From Anaerovoracaceae bacterium (GTDB taxonomy: Bacteria; Bacillota; Clostridia; Peptostreptococcales; Anaerovoracaceae): 64,000 bases of DNA. Below, one piece after another: positions 20,036-29,486 of the stretch; position 1 is the first letter of the stretch, and every line of letters begins with the position of its first letter. The notes under the pieces are model-generated. The model had not been told where the DNA came from, ran no database searches, and worked only from the letters and a program-made list of their open reading frames with translations. The stretch covers positions 315 to 64,314 of the forward strand of contig DATFJV010000078.1 in assembly GCA_035268985.1 (NCBI GenBank), read 5' to 3'. A program made the position numbers and the translations under genes.

Positions 20036-22285
20036 CTATATCATTTTTTTTATATAGTATTTCCCATTTTTAATATCTATTCCTATAGCCCCGTCTAAAT
20101 CGTTTCTAAATACCATTATATCTTTTTTATACAACTTTTCAATGGTATTATCTGCAGGATGTTCATAATTATTTTTGCCTACTTGAATAATCGCCACTTT
20201 CGGTTCAACTACATTCAAAAATTCATCCGTGGTGCTGCTTTTACTACCATGATGGCACACCTTTAATATGTCGCATTTTAATTTATCCGTATCTTCATAG
20301 TATTTAAGCATTTCTTTTTCTCCTTGGGCTAATAGATCTCCTGTTATTAAAATATCTACACCTTCATACTTTAGTTTAATCACCATATTCACCTTATTTT
20401 CATCTTCCAAATCAAATGAATCGCCTTCACTTAATATTGGCCATAATATTTCTATGTAAATTTCTTTTCCTAATACTATTTTATCTCCTACTTTTAAATA
20501 TCTATCACTTTCAATGATTGGCATATATCCTTCAAAAACCATTAGCTTATCAATTAAGTATATTTCCTTAAGCTCACTTACACCTTTAAAATGATCCATA
20601 TGTAAATGAGTTGGTATTGCCATATCAAGATTAAATACTCCATTTTTTAATAAATATGGCTTTAAAACCATTTGACCTATGTTTTTCATATAATGTCCCC
20701 CGCCATCTATCAAAACATTAAGTTCATCAGTTCTAATATGAATTCCATCACCCTGCCCTACGTCAATGAATACAACTTCATCATCTTTGAAATCATTTTT
20801 TGTTATAAGATGTATTGGTATAGAAATTAACATTGTTAAAAGAATTATAGAAATAACAAAAGTATTTTTTTTTCTTTTAATCAATACGATAAAGGTTTCA
20901 GAGGTTATAAATAGAATTATTATATAATATATAAAAATCATTGCGAAGTTTAAGGTAATAACATCAACTATCAAATTGTTATATTTATATATGATATCAT
21001 TTAAATATATTATTAACTCTGAAATTGATATTGCCACCTTACTTATTACTATTAGTTTAAACCCAGTAATTGTAAATATTAATAGATGAATTATTATAAT
21101 AGGCATTAATACTGCAACGATAGGGACTATTATTAGATTTGCTATTGGAGAAATTAAGGAAATATAATTCATTTCATAAGCAATAATTGGCATAAGCGTA
21201 ATTTGAGCAGCTAAAATAGTACTTAAATAATTACCTACATATATTTTTAACTTAGGAGTTACAAAACATATTCCCAAAACTGCTATAAATGATAACTTAA
21301 ACCCTATATTAAAAATTATATATGGATTCATTATAGAAAATACCATAAATGCTAATGTTAAGGCAGCTAATGTATCGAATCTTCTATCATAATAATATGA
21401 AATCATATTTAGCATTACCATAAAAATTGCTCTACAGCATGATGGTGGCCACATAGTCATAGTTCCATATGAAAGTAATATCAATAAAAATACCAAACCA
21501 TAAATTTTTCTTCTATTACCTCTTATTATTACTAAAAAAAATCCATATACTATACCAATATGAAGACCACTTACTGCCAAAATATGAGAAATCCCATTTG
21601 CTTTAAATTTCTCATAGATTTCATCTTTCATGCAATTCTTGTCGCCAAATACAAGCCCACCAATTATGCCTCTATCTTCATATACATCTAAAAATTCATA
21701 CCGTCTTTTTATTAGATTTTGTTTGAACTTATCTAATATATTTCCATTATCCTTTAAAACCATGTTGTCAATATATTGAATTCTACATATGCTTTTTGAT
21801 TTTAAATAAAGCCTGTAATTAAAACATCCTGGATTCCTCTGAGTATCCGGTGTTACTATTTCACCACTAATTAAATATTCGCCACCTATAACATCACATA
21901 CTTCATTGTAACTCTCATAATAGCCAATAACTTTTAAATCTAAAGCCTTTGGCTTTATTGTTAATTGATATAACCCTTCTTCCTTTAATATAATATCGGT
22001 AATCTCACCTACATAGCTATCCCTATCTTCATAAAAAAATTCATCCACCTTTAAATATTTTATATGTTCATTGAAAAATAACAATGCTCCAAATAATAAT
22101 GATAAAAAAATTGCTATAAATTGTTTCTTCGTTAATTTCCTTTTTCTATATAAAACATAATTTGTAACTAATATAAATACAATTATTATAGATGTAAATA
22201 AGACTTCTTTTAACTCCAATATTGAATACATTAAAATATAGGATGTAAGGATTATCAATCCTATTATAAATAATTTTCTTCTCAT
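20036..22285 (-). CDS. comEC: DNA internalization-related competence protein ComEC/Rec2
   Basis: About 749 aa from ATG 22283-22285 (AAGG 7 nt upstream); many TM segments plus a C-terminal metallo-beta-lactamase motif PTHLHMDHFKG. Confidence 0.9.
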   Translation of the reverse strand: MRRKLFIIGLIILTSYILMYSILELKEVLFTSIIIVFILVTNYVLYRKRKLTKKQFIAIFLSLLFGALLFFNEHIKYLKVDEFFYEDRDSYVGEITDIILKEEGLYQLTIKPKALDLKVIGYYESYNEVCDVIGGEYLISGEIVTPDTQRNPGCFNYRLYLKSKSICRIQYIDNMVLKDNGNILDKFKQNLIKRRYEFLDVYEDRGIIGGLVFGDKNCMKDEIYEKFKANGISHILAVSGLHIGIVYGFFLVIIRGNRRKIYGLVFLLILLSYGTMTMWPPSCCRAIFMVMLNMISYYYDRRFDTLAALTLAFMVFSIMNPYIIFNIGFKLSFIAVLGICFVTPKLKIYVGNYLSTILAAQITLMPIIAYEMNYISLISPIANLIIVPIVAVLMPIIIIHLLIFTITGFKLIVISKVAISISELIIYLNDIIYKYNNLIVDVITLNFAMIFIYYIIILFITSETFIVLIKRKKNTFVISIILLTMLISIPIHLITKNDFKDDEVVFIDVGQGDGIHIRTDELNVLIDGGGHYMKNIGQMVLKPYLLKNGVFNLDMAIPTHLHMDHFKGVSELKEIYLIDKLMVFEGYMPIIESDRYLKVGDKIVLGKEIYIEILWPILSEGDSFDLEDENKVNMVIKLKYEGVDILITGDLLAQGEKEMLKYYEDTDKLKCDILKVCHHGSKSSTTDEFLNVVEPKVAIIQVGKNNYEHPADNTIEKLYKKDIMVFRNDLDGAIGIDIKNGKYYIKKMI

Positions 22286-22367
22286 ACACACACCTTGCTT
22301 TTAATCTTCACACTATTAATATACTATCAATCTAATTATTAAGATTCAATTAAATTAATTATATATA

Positions 22368-22396
22368 TGTAAAATGCAAGCATTTTATGGTATAAT
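22368..22396 (+). promoter_or_regulatory. candidate promoter of the PBP gene (extended -10)
   Basis: TGTAAA (22368-22373), 17-bp spacer, TGgTATAAT (TATAAT 22391-22396); AAGGAGG RBS at 22411-22417. Confidence 0.45.
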
Positions 22397-22425
22397 CCAT
22401 ATATCTATGCAAGGAGGTAATAACA

Positions 22426-25400
22426 TTGACTGATAAAGGTAAAGATAAGAAAAAAGAAATAGATGATTTTCTAGTAAAATTTGAAGAAGAAGATAATAAT
22501 GATTCTCTCGAAGAACTTGAAATAATAGAAAAACCATCTAAAAAGAAAAAAGTTCAAAATAAAGATAAAAAAGAAAAGAAACAAAAAAAAGATAAGATAA
22601 AAAAAGCAAAAGAAAACACTGGCAAAAGGAAATTCAGTATTGCCGGCTTTTTTAGGTTAGAAAATGACTACTATGTGGAAAGCGAAGACAAAAAAGTAAT
22701 GGTAAACGGTAAAATGAAGCGCAATAAAAAATACAGAGCAAACATCAAGCACATTTTATTAACAATCCTGGCTATATTCATAATATGCTTTTTAGTGGGC
22801 GTGGGTTATTTATTTAATCTAATTCACAACGCACCCGATATCGAACCTGCACATATGTATGATATGATTTCTGAAACATCAATAATTTACGATGACCAAG
22901 GAGAAAAGCTTGATAGTGTATTTGCAAATGCCAATAGAACTATTGTCGAATATGACCAACTTCCTGAGGATTTAGTAAATTCCTTTGTTGCCTTAGAAGA
23001 TAAAACCTTCTGGGATCATAATGGTTTTAACTGGATAAGAATAATAGGTGCCATCAAAGAATCTGTTTTTGGTGGTGGTCAAATAAGCGGCACAAGTACT
23101 ATAACCCAGCAGCTTGCTCGTAATGTATATCTACCTGATGTAATGTCTGATCGTGACATGAATAGGAAGATAATAGAAGCATACTATGCTTATGAAATAG
23201 AAAAAGTACTTACTAAAGAACAAATTTTAGAAGCATATCTAAATACAATATACTTAGGTTATGGTTGCCATGGCGTACAAACAGCATCACAGTCGTATTT
23301 TAGTAAAAACGTTCAAGATTTAAATCTAATAGAATGTGCTTCTTTAGCTGCACTGCCTCAAGCACCTGACTACTTTTCATTAATCAAGTACGTAAGCAAT
23401 GATGAATTAACTGAAGAAAGTCAAAACATACTCAAAAGGGGTGACTCTGGTTCTTATGTTTGGAATGACTTATCTAAGGGTAGGCGTGATCTTACTCTTA
23501 AACTTATGTATGGCCAAGGTTATATTAGTGAAGAAGTGTATAACGAAAACGTAGATATCAGCATTGTCGATGTATTAAATCCATATTTTGATGAATCAAA
23601 TTCTTATACATCATATTTTACAGATTACTTAATAAAAACAGTTATACAAGATATGATGGAAGAATATAATTTGACATATAGCGAAGCTCATTCTAGGGTA
23701 TATGATGGCGGTTTACAAATACATTCTACTTTGGATACACAAGCCCAAGGTATAATAGAAAAAGAATTTGAAAATAGAAACAACTTCCCTTACCTAGTAA
23801 GTGTTCGTAAAGATTCAGATGGAAATATAATATCTCCTCAAAATGATATTATGATGTACTCCTTTGATTCATTTTTCACAGATGAAGGCATCTTCAAATT
23901 CAAAGAGGATGAATATAAATTAAATGATGATGGTTCAATAACTATTATGAATGGAACTAGATTTAATATATATAATACTACTGTAGGTGGTGAACCTGAT
24001 TACAGCTGGGAATTTAAAAACATGTATGTATACGAAGGTGCATATTATTCTATTCCTGGTGGATTCATAAATGTACCTAAAGGATATAAATCTAGAGATG
24101 AAGATAATAACCTAGTTTTATCTGCTGAATTTTCAGAAGATTACCCAGAGTTCTTTACTGAGTTAGATGGTACACTAGCCCTTTCATCAGATTCATATTC
24201 ATTAGGGCAAAAAGTTATACAGCCACAAGCTGCTATGGCCATTACTGAAGTTGGCACTGGTCAAGTAAAAGCATTAGTTGGTGGTAGAGAAATCGACGGT
24301 AGAATGTTATATAATAGAGCAGTTAATCCAAGACAGCCAGGATCTTCAATAAAACCTTTAGCTGTTTATTCGGCAGCACTACAAAAGAGTTATGAATTAG
24401 CAGAAAATGGTGAATTATTTCCATTTGTAGATTTTGATAACTGTGGTCAAGGCACTGAACTTTATGGCAGATATTTAACTGCAGGTTCAATAATAGATGA
24501 TGAACCCCTATATACTTCTAGCGGTAGTCTATGGCCTAAAAACTCATATAGCGGGTATAAAGGTCTTATGACCATGAGAAGAGGGTTACAACTATCGGTT
24601 AATGTTATAGCTGTTAAAATTTGGCAACAAGTTGGTGCTGAATTCTCTGCAAATTTAGTGGAAAATTTTGGTATAAGTACATTGGACACTGAAGGAGATG
24701 TTAGTGACTTAAATCCTGCAGCATTAGCTTTAGGAGGTATGACTCAGGGAGTTACCCCTCTTGATATGTCAGCTGCTTATTGCGCTTTCCCTAACGAAGG
24801 AATAGTTAAAAGTCCTGTTCTTTATACTAAAGTATATAACAGGAATGATGAAGAAATATTAAGTTCAGTATCTGAAGCTACTAAAGCATTAAATGAAGGT
24901 GTAGCATTCATAATGACTAATATGCTTAAATCTGTAATTACTGATGGTATAGCCGGACCTGCTGGAATATCTGGTGTCCAAGCCGGTGGTAAAACTGGAA
25001 CTACTTCAAATGAATATGATATTTGGTTTGATGGATTCACTCCTAGCTATGCAGCTTCAGTTTGGATCGGAACCGATGTAAATATGAAGCTATCCAGCAT
25101 GAGTGGCATGGCCGCTCGTTTATGGGGAAGAATAATGAACCAAATCCCAGCAGCTAAAGAAGGTACTTATGCAGAAATGCCTTCAAATGTAATGTATTCA
25201 GGAGGCGAATACTATACATCAGGTACTGCAGGTGGTCCTAGCCTAAGTTCTCTTACAAAAACTGTAACAGTGGATGCTGAAACTGGCTATTTAGCGACAC
25301 CGTATACGCCAAACACTAAACAAGTCATCGGATATGATAGGCCTTATGAAAACCGAACAACCAAATACTTTAAAGACGGTGGGGTATTACCAGTTTATTA

Positions 25401-25581
25401 TAGCTATAAATATAATCCAGACCCTAGTATATATCCAATATCCCCAGATGAAACATGGGTGCCTTTCACCATTCCAGAACCTGAAGAACCTGAGGAACCT
25501 GAAACACCTGAGGAGCCTGAAACACCTGAGGAGCCTGAAACACCTGAAGAGCCTGAAACACCTGAAGATTCTTCTGAATAA
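22426..25581 (+). CDS. class A penicillin-binding protein (transglycosylase/transpeptidase)
   Basis: 1051 aa, TTG start. GT51 motifs EDKTFWDHNGF and GTSTITQQLARN; transpeptidase SxxK (PGSSIKPL) and KTG (GGKTGTT). Lys-rich N-terminal tail before the TM helix and a Pro/Glu repeat tail. Confidence 0.92.
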   Translation: MTDKGKDKKKEIDDFLVKFEEEDNNDSLEELEIIEKPSKKKKVQNKDKKEKKQKKDKIKKAKENTGKRKFSIAGFFRLENDYYVESEDKKVMVNGKMKRNKKYRANIKHILLTILAIFIICFLVGVGYLFNLIHNAPDIEPAHMYDMISETSIIYDDQGEKLDSVFANANRTIVEYDQLPEDLVNSFVALEDKTFWDHNGFNWIRIIGAIKESVFGGGQISGTSTITQQLARNVYLPDVMSDRDMNRKIIEAYYAYEIEKVLTKEQILEAYLNTIYLGYGCHGVQTASQSYFSKNVQDLNLIECASLAALPQAPDYFSLIKYVSNDELTEESQNILKRGDSGSYVWNDLSKGRRDLTLKLMYGQGYISEEVYNENVDISIVDVLNPYFDESNSYTSYFTDYLIKTVIQDMMEEYNLTYSEAHSRVYDGGLQIHSTLDTQAQGIIEKEFENRNNFPYLVSVRKDSDGNIISPQNDIMMYSFDSFFTDEGIFKFKEDEYKLNDDGSITIMNGTRFNIYNTTVGGEPDYSWEFKNMYVYEGAYYSIPGGFINVPKGYKSRDEDNNLVLSAEFSEDYPEFFTELDGTLALSSDSYSLGQKVIQPQAAMAITEVGTGQVKALVGGREIDGRMLYNRAVNPRQPGSSIKPLAVYSAALQKSYELAENGELFPFVDFDNCGQGTELYGRYLTAGSIIDDEPLYTSSGSLWPKNSYSGYKGLMTMRRGLQLSVNVIAVKIWQQVGAEFSANLVENFGISTLDTEGDVSDLNPAALALGGMTQGVTPLDMSAAYCAFPNEGIVKSPVLYTKVYNRNDEEILSSVSEATKALNEGVAFIMTNMLKSVITDGIAGPAGISGVQAGGKTGTTSNEYDIWFDGFTPSYAASVWIGTDVNMKLSSMSGMAARLWGRIMNQIPAAKEGTYAEMPSNVMYSGGEYYTSGTAGGPSLSSLTKTVTVDAETGYLATPYTPNTKQVIGYDRPYENRTTKYFKDGGVLPVYYSYKYNPDPSIYPISPDETWVPFTIPEPEEPEEPETPEEPETPEEPETPEEPETPEDSSE
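25474..25572 (+). repeat. in-frame 18-bp tandem repeat (PEEPET units) at the 3' end of the PBP gene
   Basis: GAAACACCTGAGGAGCCT at 25501, 25519, 25537 (one A/G change) and a degenerate unit at 25555, preceded by related CCTGAAGAACCT units. Confidence 0.9.
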
Positions 25582-25647
25582 ATATATATAAAAAAAGCTT
25601 GCAAAACTGAAGGGATCTACTGATTCCCAAAATGTTGGACTCTTTGA

Positions 25648-26130
25648 TTAAGCGACAGTTAAGGACTGGATTCTGTATTGCACAGGGCTCAGTCTTTTTA
25701 AATTGTGCTTAATCCTCTTATTGTTGTAGTAATAAATATATTATTCTAATTCATAAATTAATTGTTCAATTGATTTTAGTTCTTCCAGATAAAAGAATTC
25801 TTATAATCTCCAAGGTTTTTCATGCTCATACGTGGCCTCCTTACCCTTTAGCAGCTGTAGGATCTAATGGAATCCCAAACTTTACAGCAGATTCTTTCAT
25901 TGATAAATGATTCTCATGCATATATTCTATACATTTACTTTAAAATCGCCCGTGTACGCTCCGATTTTTATTATCAGTCCTTCAGAACCAAACTCGCTTT
26001 ATCTCGCTATCCATCCTTATATAGTGGAGTTATTAATACCCGTTTTTTGCTGCATGAATAAAGCATTTAAACTCACAAGCACTACGTTTATAGCTTCTAG
26101 ACGTTGTTCATCAGAATACTTTCTTTTTCT
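25648..26130 (-). pseudogene. IS3-family transposase remnants (OrfA N-terminus, second HTH, OrfB C-terminal tail)
   Basis: Minus-strand reads RKRKYSDEQRLEAINVV..., then in another frame IEYMHENHLSMKESAVKFGIP, then FFYLEELKSIEQLIYELE*YIYYYNNKRIKHNLKRLSPVQYRIQSLTVA*. Several stops and frame changes. Confidence 0.6.
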
Positions 26131-26179
26131 AGAAATAAAACTGCACCCCAAATGTTTTTACCAAACATTTGGGATGCAG
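26131..26179 (-). terminator. rho-independent terminator after rpe (hairpin built from IS inverted-repeat-like sequence)
   Basis: 17-bp stem CTGCACCCCAAATGTTT/AAACATTTGGGATGCAG (26141-26157/26163-26179) with one mismatch and a 5-nt loop, followed on the minus strand by TTTTATTT. Confidence 0.7.
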
Positions 26180-26212
26180 TTCAAAATCCAAGTTCTTTTC
26201 AATTGCAATTTT

Positions 26213-26872
26213 TTATATACTCTTTAATTTTTTTATTCTCTTTGCTATGTCTTCTGCACCAAATACTGCAGAACCTGCAACAACTATATCTACTCCTGCG
26301 GATTTAACTGCTTTTACGTTTCCCATGTTAATTCCTCCATCAATTTCGATTAAATATGAGTAATCATTTTCTTTACGTAATTTATTTAGCTCTTTAACTT
26401 TATTAATAGTACTTGGTATAAACTTTTGTCCGCCAAACCCTGGGTTTACAGACATAATTAGAATCATATCTACCTCATTTAATACTTCCGCTAATACACT
26501 AATAGGTGTAGCCGGATTAATAGATACCCCTACTTTAATTCCATGTTCTTTTATATTTTGTATAGTTCTATTTAAGTGCACACAAGCTTCCTGATGCACA
26601 GTTATATATTCTGTTTTTTCTGTTATAAAATCTTCTATATGTTTATCAGGATCTTCAATCATTAGATGTACATCGTATGATATATCCGTAATACCATTTA
26701 AACTTTTCATTACCACGGAACCATAACTAATGTTAGGAACAAAGTGTCCATCCATTACATCTATATGTAAATAATCAGCTCCTGCTTCAAATACGGTTTT
26801 TACATCATCCCCCAACTTTGAAAAGTCGGCTGATAATATAGATGGGGCTAATTTAATCATAAAATCCTCCAT
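26213..26872 (-). CDS. rpe: ribulose-phosphate 3-epimerase
   Basis: 219 aa; APSILSADF, HIDVMDGHFVPN, IEIDGGIN. Confidence 0.95.
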   Translation of the reverse strand: MEDFMIKLAPSILSADFSKLGDDVKTVFEAGADYLHIDVMDGHFVPNISYGSVVMKSLNGITDISYDVHLMIEDPDKHIEDFITEKTEYITVHQEACVHLNRTIQNIKEHGIKVGVSINPATPISVLAEVLNEVDMILIMSVNPGFGGQKFIPSTINKVKELNKLRKENDYSYLIEIDGGINMGNVKAVKSAGVDIVVAGSAVFGAEDIAKRIKKLKSI

Positions 26873-27735
26873 TAATATTTCTTATTACTTTTTATCTCTT
26901 CAATCATTCTTATATATGATTGATATCTACTTCTGCTAATAAACCCTTTACTCAAAGATTCTTTTACACCACACGAAGGTTCATTAATATGTATACAATC
27001 TCTATACTTACAATTACAATATTTTACAAAATCCGGGAATAAAGAAGTCAAATCACTAACCTCCATAATTGGCATATCCAAAGATGTGAAACCAGGAGTG
27101 TCAAATACGCTTGTTTTGTAGTCTACATCGAATATTTCCGCATGTCTAGTAGTATGCCTTCCTCTTTTAGTTTTGCTGCTTAAAGAGCCCGTTTCGGCCT
27201 TATTATTATTTAATAGCGCATTCAAAATTGTTGACTTGCCTACACCTGATGGGCCTGCTAAAGCAACTGTTTGACCTTGAATTCCTTTCATCAGTTCATC
27301 TATGCCATATCCACTTTTAGCATTAACATTAAATGTTTTATATATACTATTATAAACATTTATGATTTCATTAAATCTATTTTCATCTACCAAATCAATC
27401 TTTGTTATACATATATAGACACTAACTTGATAATACTCAGCGATTGCACAAAGTTTGTCTATTGAAAGAAAACTAGGATTAGGTTCAGTAGCAGCAAAAG
27501 TTACAATTATTCTATCAATATTAGCTATAGAAGGTCTAATAAATTCATTCTTTCTTTTGCATACCTTGGTAATAACACACTGTTTATCATCTCTTAATTC
27601 AAATTCAACATTATCACCAACTTTTATTAAGTTATTATTTCTTTTTAGAATGCCCCTACCTTGTCCTCTAATAATTTCATTATTAAATTTTACATAATAG
27701 AAACCGCCTATACCTTTAGCAACTTTGCCTAACAT
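26872..27735 (-). CDS. rsgA: ribosome small subunit-dependent GTPase A
   Basis: Trimmed to ATG 27733-27735 (MLGKVAKGIGGFYYV), just past the pknB stop; G1 motif GPSGVGKSTILNAL and zinc motif CKYRDCIHINEPSC. Confidence 0.92.
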   Translation of the reverse strand: MLGKVAKGIGGFYYVKFNNEIIRGQGRGILKRNNNLIKVGDNVEFELRDDKQCVITKVCKRKNEFIRPSIANIDRIIVTFAATEPNPSFLSIDKLCAIAEYYQVSVYICITKIDLVDENRFNEIINVYNSIYKTFNVNAKSGYGIDELMKGIQGQTVALAGPSGVGKSTILNALLNNNKAETGSLSSKTKRGRHTTRHAEIFDVDYKTSVFDTPGFTSLDMPIMEVSDLTSLFPDFVKYCNCKYRDCIHINEPSCGVKESLSKGFISRSRYQSYIRMIEEIKSNKKY

Positions 27736-27736
27736 A

Positions 27737-29482
27737 TTATTCAGGAGATTCCTCTTCAGGTACTTCATCTCCGGTATTTTCTTCTCCGCCAATTTCTTCT
27801 CCTGAGTCTACCACAGGTGGTCCCTTACTAACTCTTATGCGAATAGGTGTATCTTGCTGTAAATTTGTATTTGCAGCATATTCTTGCCACATTACATATC
27901 CCTCAGCGTATATTTCACTATCATCAAAAGTAACTATTCCCACTTCGAAACCTGCATCCTCAATTAATTGTTTAGCCTTTTCAGCCTCCATACCAGTTAC
28001 TAAAGGAACTATACCTTCTTTTTCTCCCTCTCCATCACTGATAACAATATCAATTCTTTCGCCTTTTTCTTTTAACTCTCCTGATTTAGGTGATTGAGAC
28101 AAAATCGTACCTTCTGGTTCAGTACTAGTTTCTGATTTAACAACACCTAATACAAAACCATATTCATCAAGATAATCAGATATATTTTCATAATTCATAT
28201 CAACAATATTGGGAATTGCACCTTCTTTTTTGCCTTTGCTTATTTCTACAGTTATTATCATTCCTTTTTTGACTTCTTCACCTGACTTTGGATCATGGTT
28301 TGCAATTTTACCTTCTTCTACGTCACTGCTATAAGTTTCTTCACCTTCTTCTATTTCTAAACCTAAAGCTTCCAATTTTAATTCCGCTTCATCATAAGAT
28401 AAATTAACTAAATCAGGCACGTTAACTAAACTATTTGCTTCCGCCAACATAGTAGTAACTAAATAACCTATAGGAATTAAACAAATCGCAATTACTATTG
28501 CAATAATAATATTTCTCTTCTTTTTTTCCTCTCCAAAATTGGATATTGACTTTTTCTTTTTTGTTTCTTCTTTTGAACCTTCTTCACTTTCTTCTTCAGT
28601 ATTGTTTCTGCTTTGCTCTACTTTTTCAGAAGCAGCTAAAAATACAGAATTACCAACAACTCTAGTAACGAATTCTATATTATCCAATTCTTCAATTAAT
28701 TCATCTGCACTTTTATATCTGTTAGTCTGATATTTATCAGTAGCCTTTAAAACAGTTCTTTCCAATGCTGGAGGTACAGCTTCCGCTAATTGAGTAGGCG
28801 GAACTATCTCATCGTTTATATGCTTTAATGCTATAGATACTGGATTATCTGCATCAAAAGGAACTTTACCAGTAAGCATTTCATACATTACTATACCCAA
28901 TGAATAAATATCAGATCTTTCATCAACATAATTTCCTCTAGCCTGCTCAGGCGAAAAGTAATGTACTGATCCAATTATAGAATTATTAGTAGATAATGTA
29001 GCATCATTTACTGCTTTAGCTATTCCAAAATCAGCTAATTTAGCCACACCTTCACTGGTTATTAAAATATTATGTGGCTTAACATCTCTATGTATTATAT
29101 TATTACTATGTGCTATTTTAAGAGCTGAAGCCAATTGTTTAGTGATATCAATAACCTTTTTATAATCCATAGGTGCTTCTTTAGTAATAACATCACTTAA
29201 AGTTTTACCTTCCACCAATTCCATTACAATATAATTAATATTACCTTCTTTTCCTACATCATATACTCCCACAACATTTGGATGAGATAATCCTGCTGCG
29301 GATTGTGACTCTCTTTTAAAATTTTCAACAAAAGACGCATCTTTTGTAAACTCCGGTCTAAGGATTTTTACTGCTATAAATCTGTTTAACAACTTGTCTT
29401 TAGCTTTATATACTACAGCCATTCCACCTTCGCCAATTTTTTCAAGCAATTCGTATCTGCCTGAAAGTAACCTATTACTCAT
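27737..29482 (-). CDS. pknB: Ser/Thr protein kinase with three PASTA domains
   Basis: 581 aa; Hanks motifs GEGGMAVVYKA, HRDVKPHNIL, DFGIAK; one TM helix; three PASTA-like repeats; acidic C-terminal tail. Confidence 0.93.
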   Translation of the reverse strand: MSNRLLSGRYELLEKIGEGGMAVVYKAKDKLLNRFIAVKILRPEFTKDASFVENFKRESQSAAGLSHPNVVGVYDVGKEGNINYIVMELVEGKTLSDVITKEAPMDYKKVIDITKQLASALKIAHSNNIIHRDVKPHNILITSEGVAKLADFGIAKAVNDATLSTNNSIIGSVHYFSPEQARGNYVDERSDIYSLGIVMYEMLTGKVPFDADNPVSIALKHINDEIVPPTQLAEAVPPALERTVLKATDKYQTNRYKSADELIEELDNIEFVTRVVGNSVFLAASEKVEQSRNNTEEESEEGSKEETKKKKSISNFGEEKKKRNIIIAIVIAICLIPIGYLVTTMLAEANSLVNVPDLVNLSYDEAELKLEALGLEIEEGEETYSSDVEEGKIANHDPKSGEEVKKGMIITVEISKGKKEGAIPNIVDMNYENISDYLDEYGFVLGVVKSETSTEPEGTILSQSPKSGELKEKGERIDIVISDGEGEKEGIVPLVTGMEAEKAKQLIEDAGFEVGIVTFDDSEIYAEGYVMWQEYAANTNLQQDTPIRIRVSKGPPVVDSGEEIGGEENTGDEVPEEESPE

Positions 29483-29486
29483 TTTT

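Larger units (their letters stand above)
25616..26183 (-). mobile_element. decayed IS3-family (IS150-group) relic with internal deletion
   Basis: Ends TCTACTGATTCCCAAAATGTTGGAC (25616->) and TGAACTGCATCCCAAATGTTTGG (26183<-) resemble each other and IS150-type inverted repeats. Interior encodes broken OrfA HTH segments and only the last ~50 codons of an rve-type transposase. Confidence 0.6.

Noticed and set aside
25474-25572. Short regular repeats that might suggest a CRISPR array
   Set aside because: The unit is 18 bp with no spacers, is in frame inside the PBP ORF, and encodes PEEPET. This is a coding tandem repeat, not CRISPR. No other CRISPR-like periodicity was seen in the window.
25907-26227. 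106-aa plus-strand ORF (and overlapping 64-67 aa ORFs) between the PBP gene and rpe
   Set aside because: They lie antisense to the decayed IS3-family remnants, have no RBS, and resemble no known family. The minus-strand transposase fragments explain the region.
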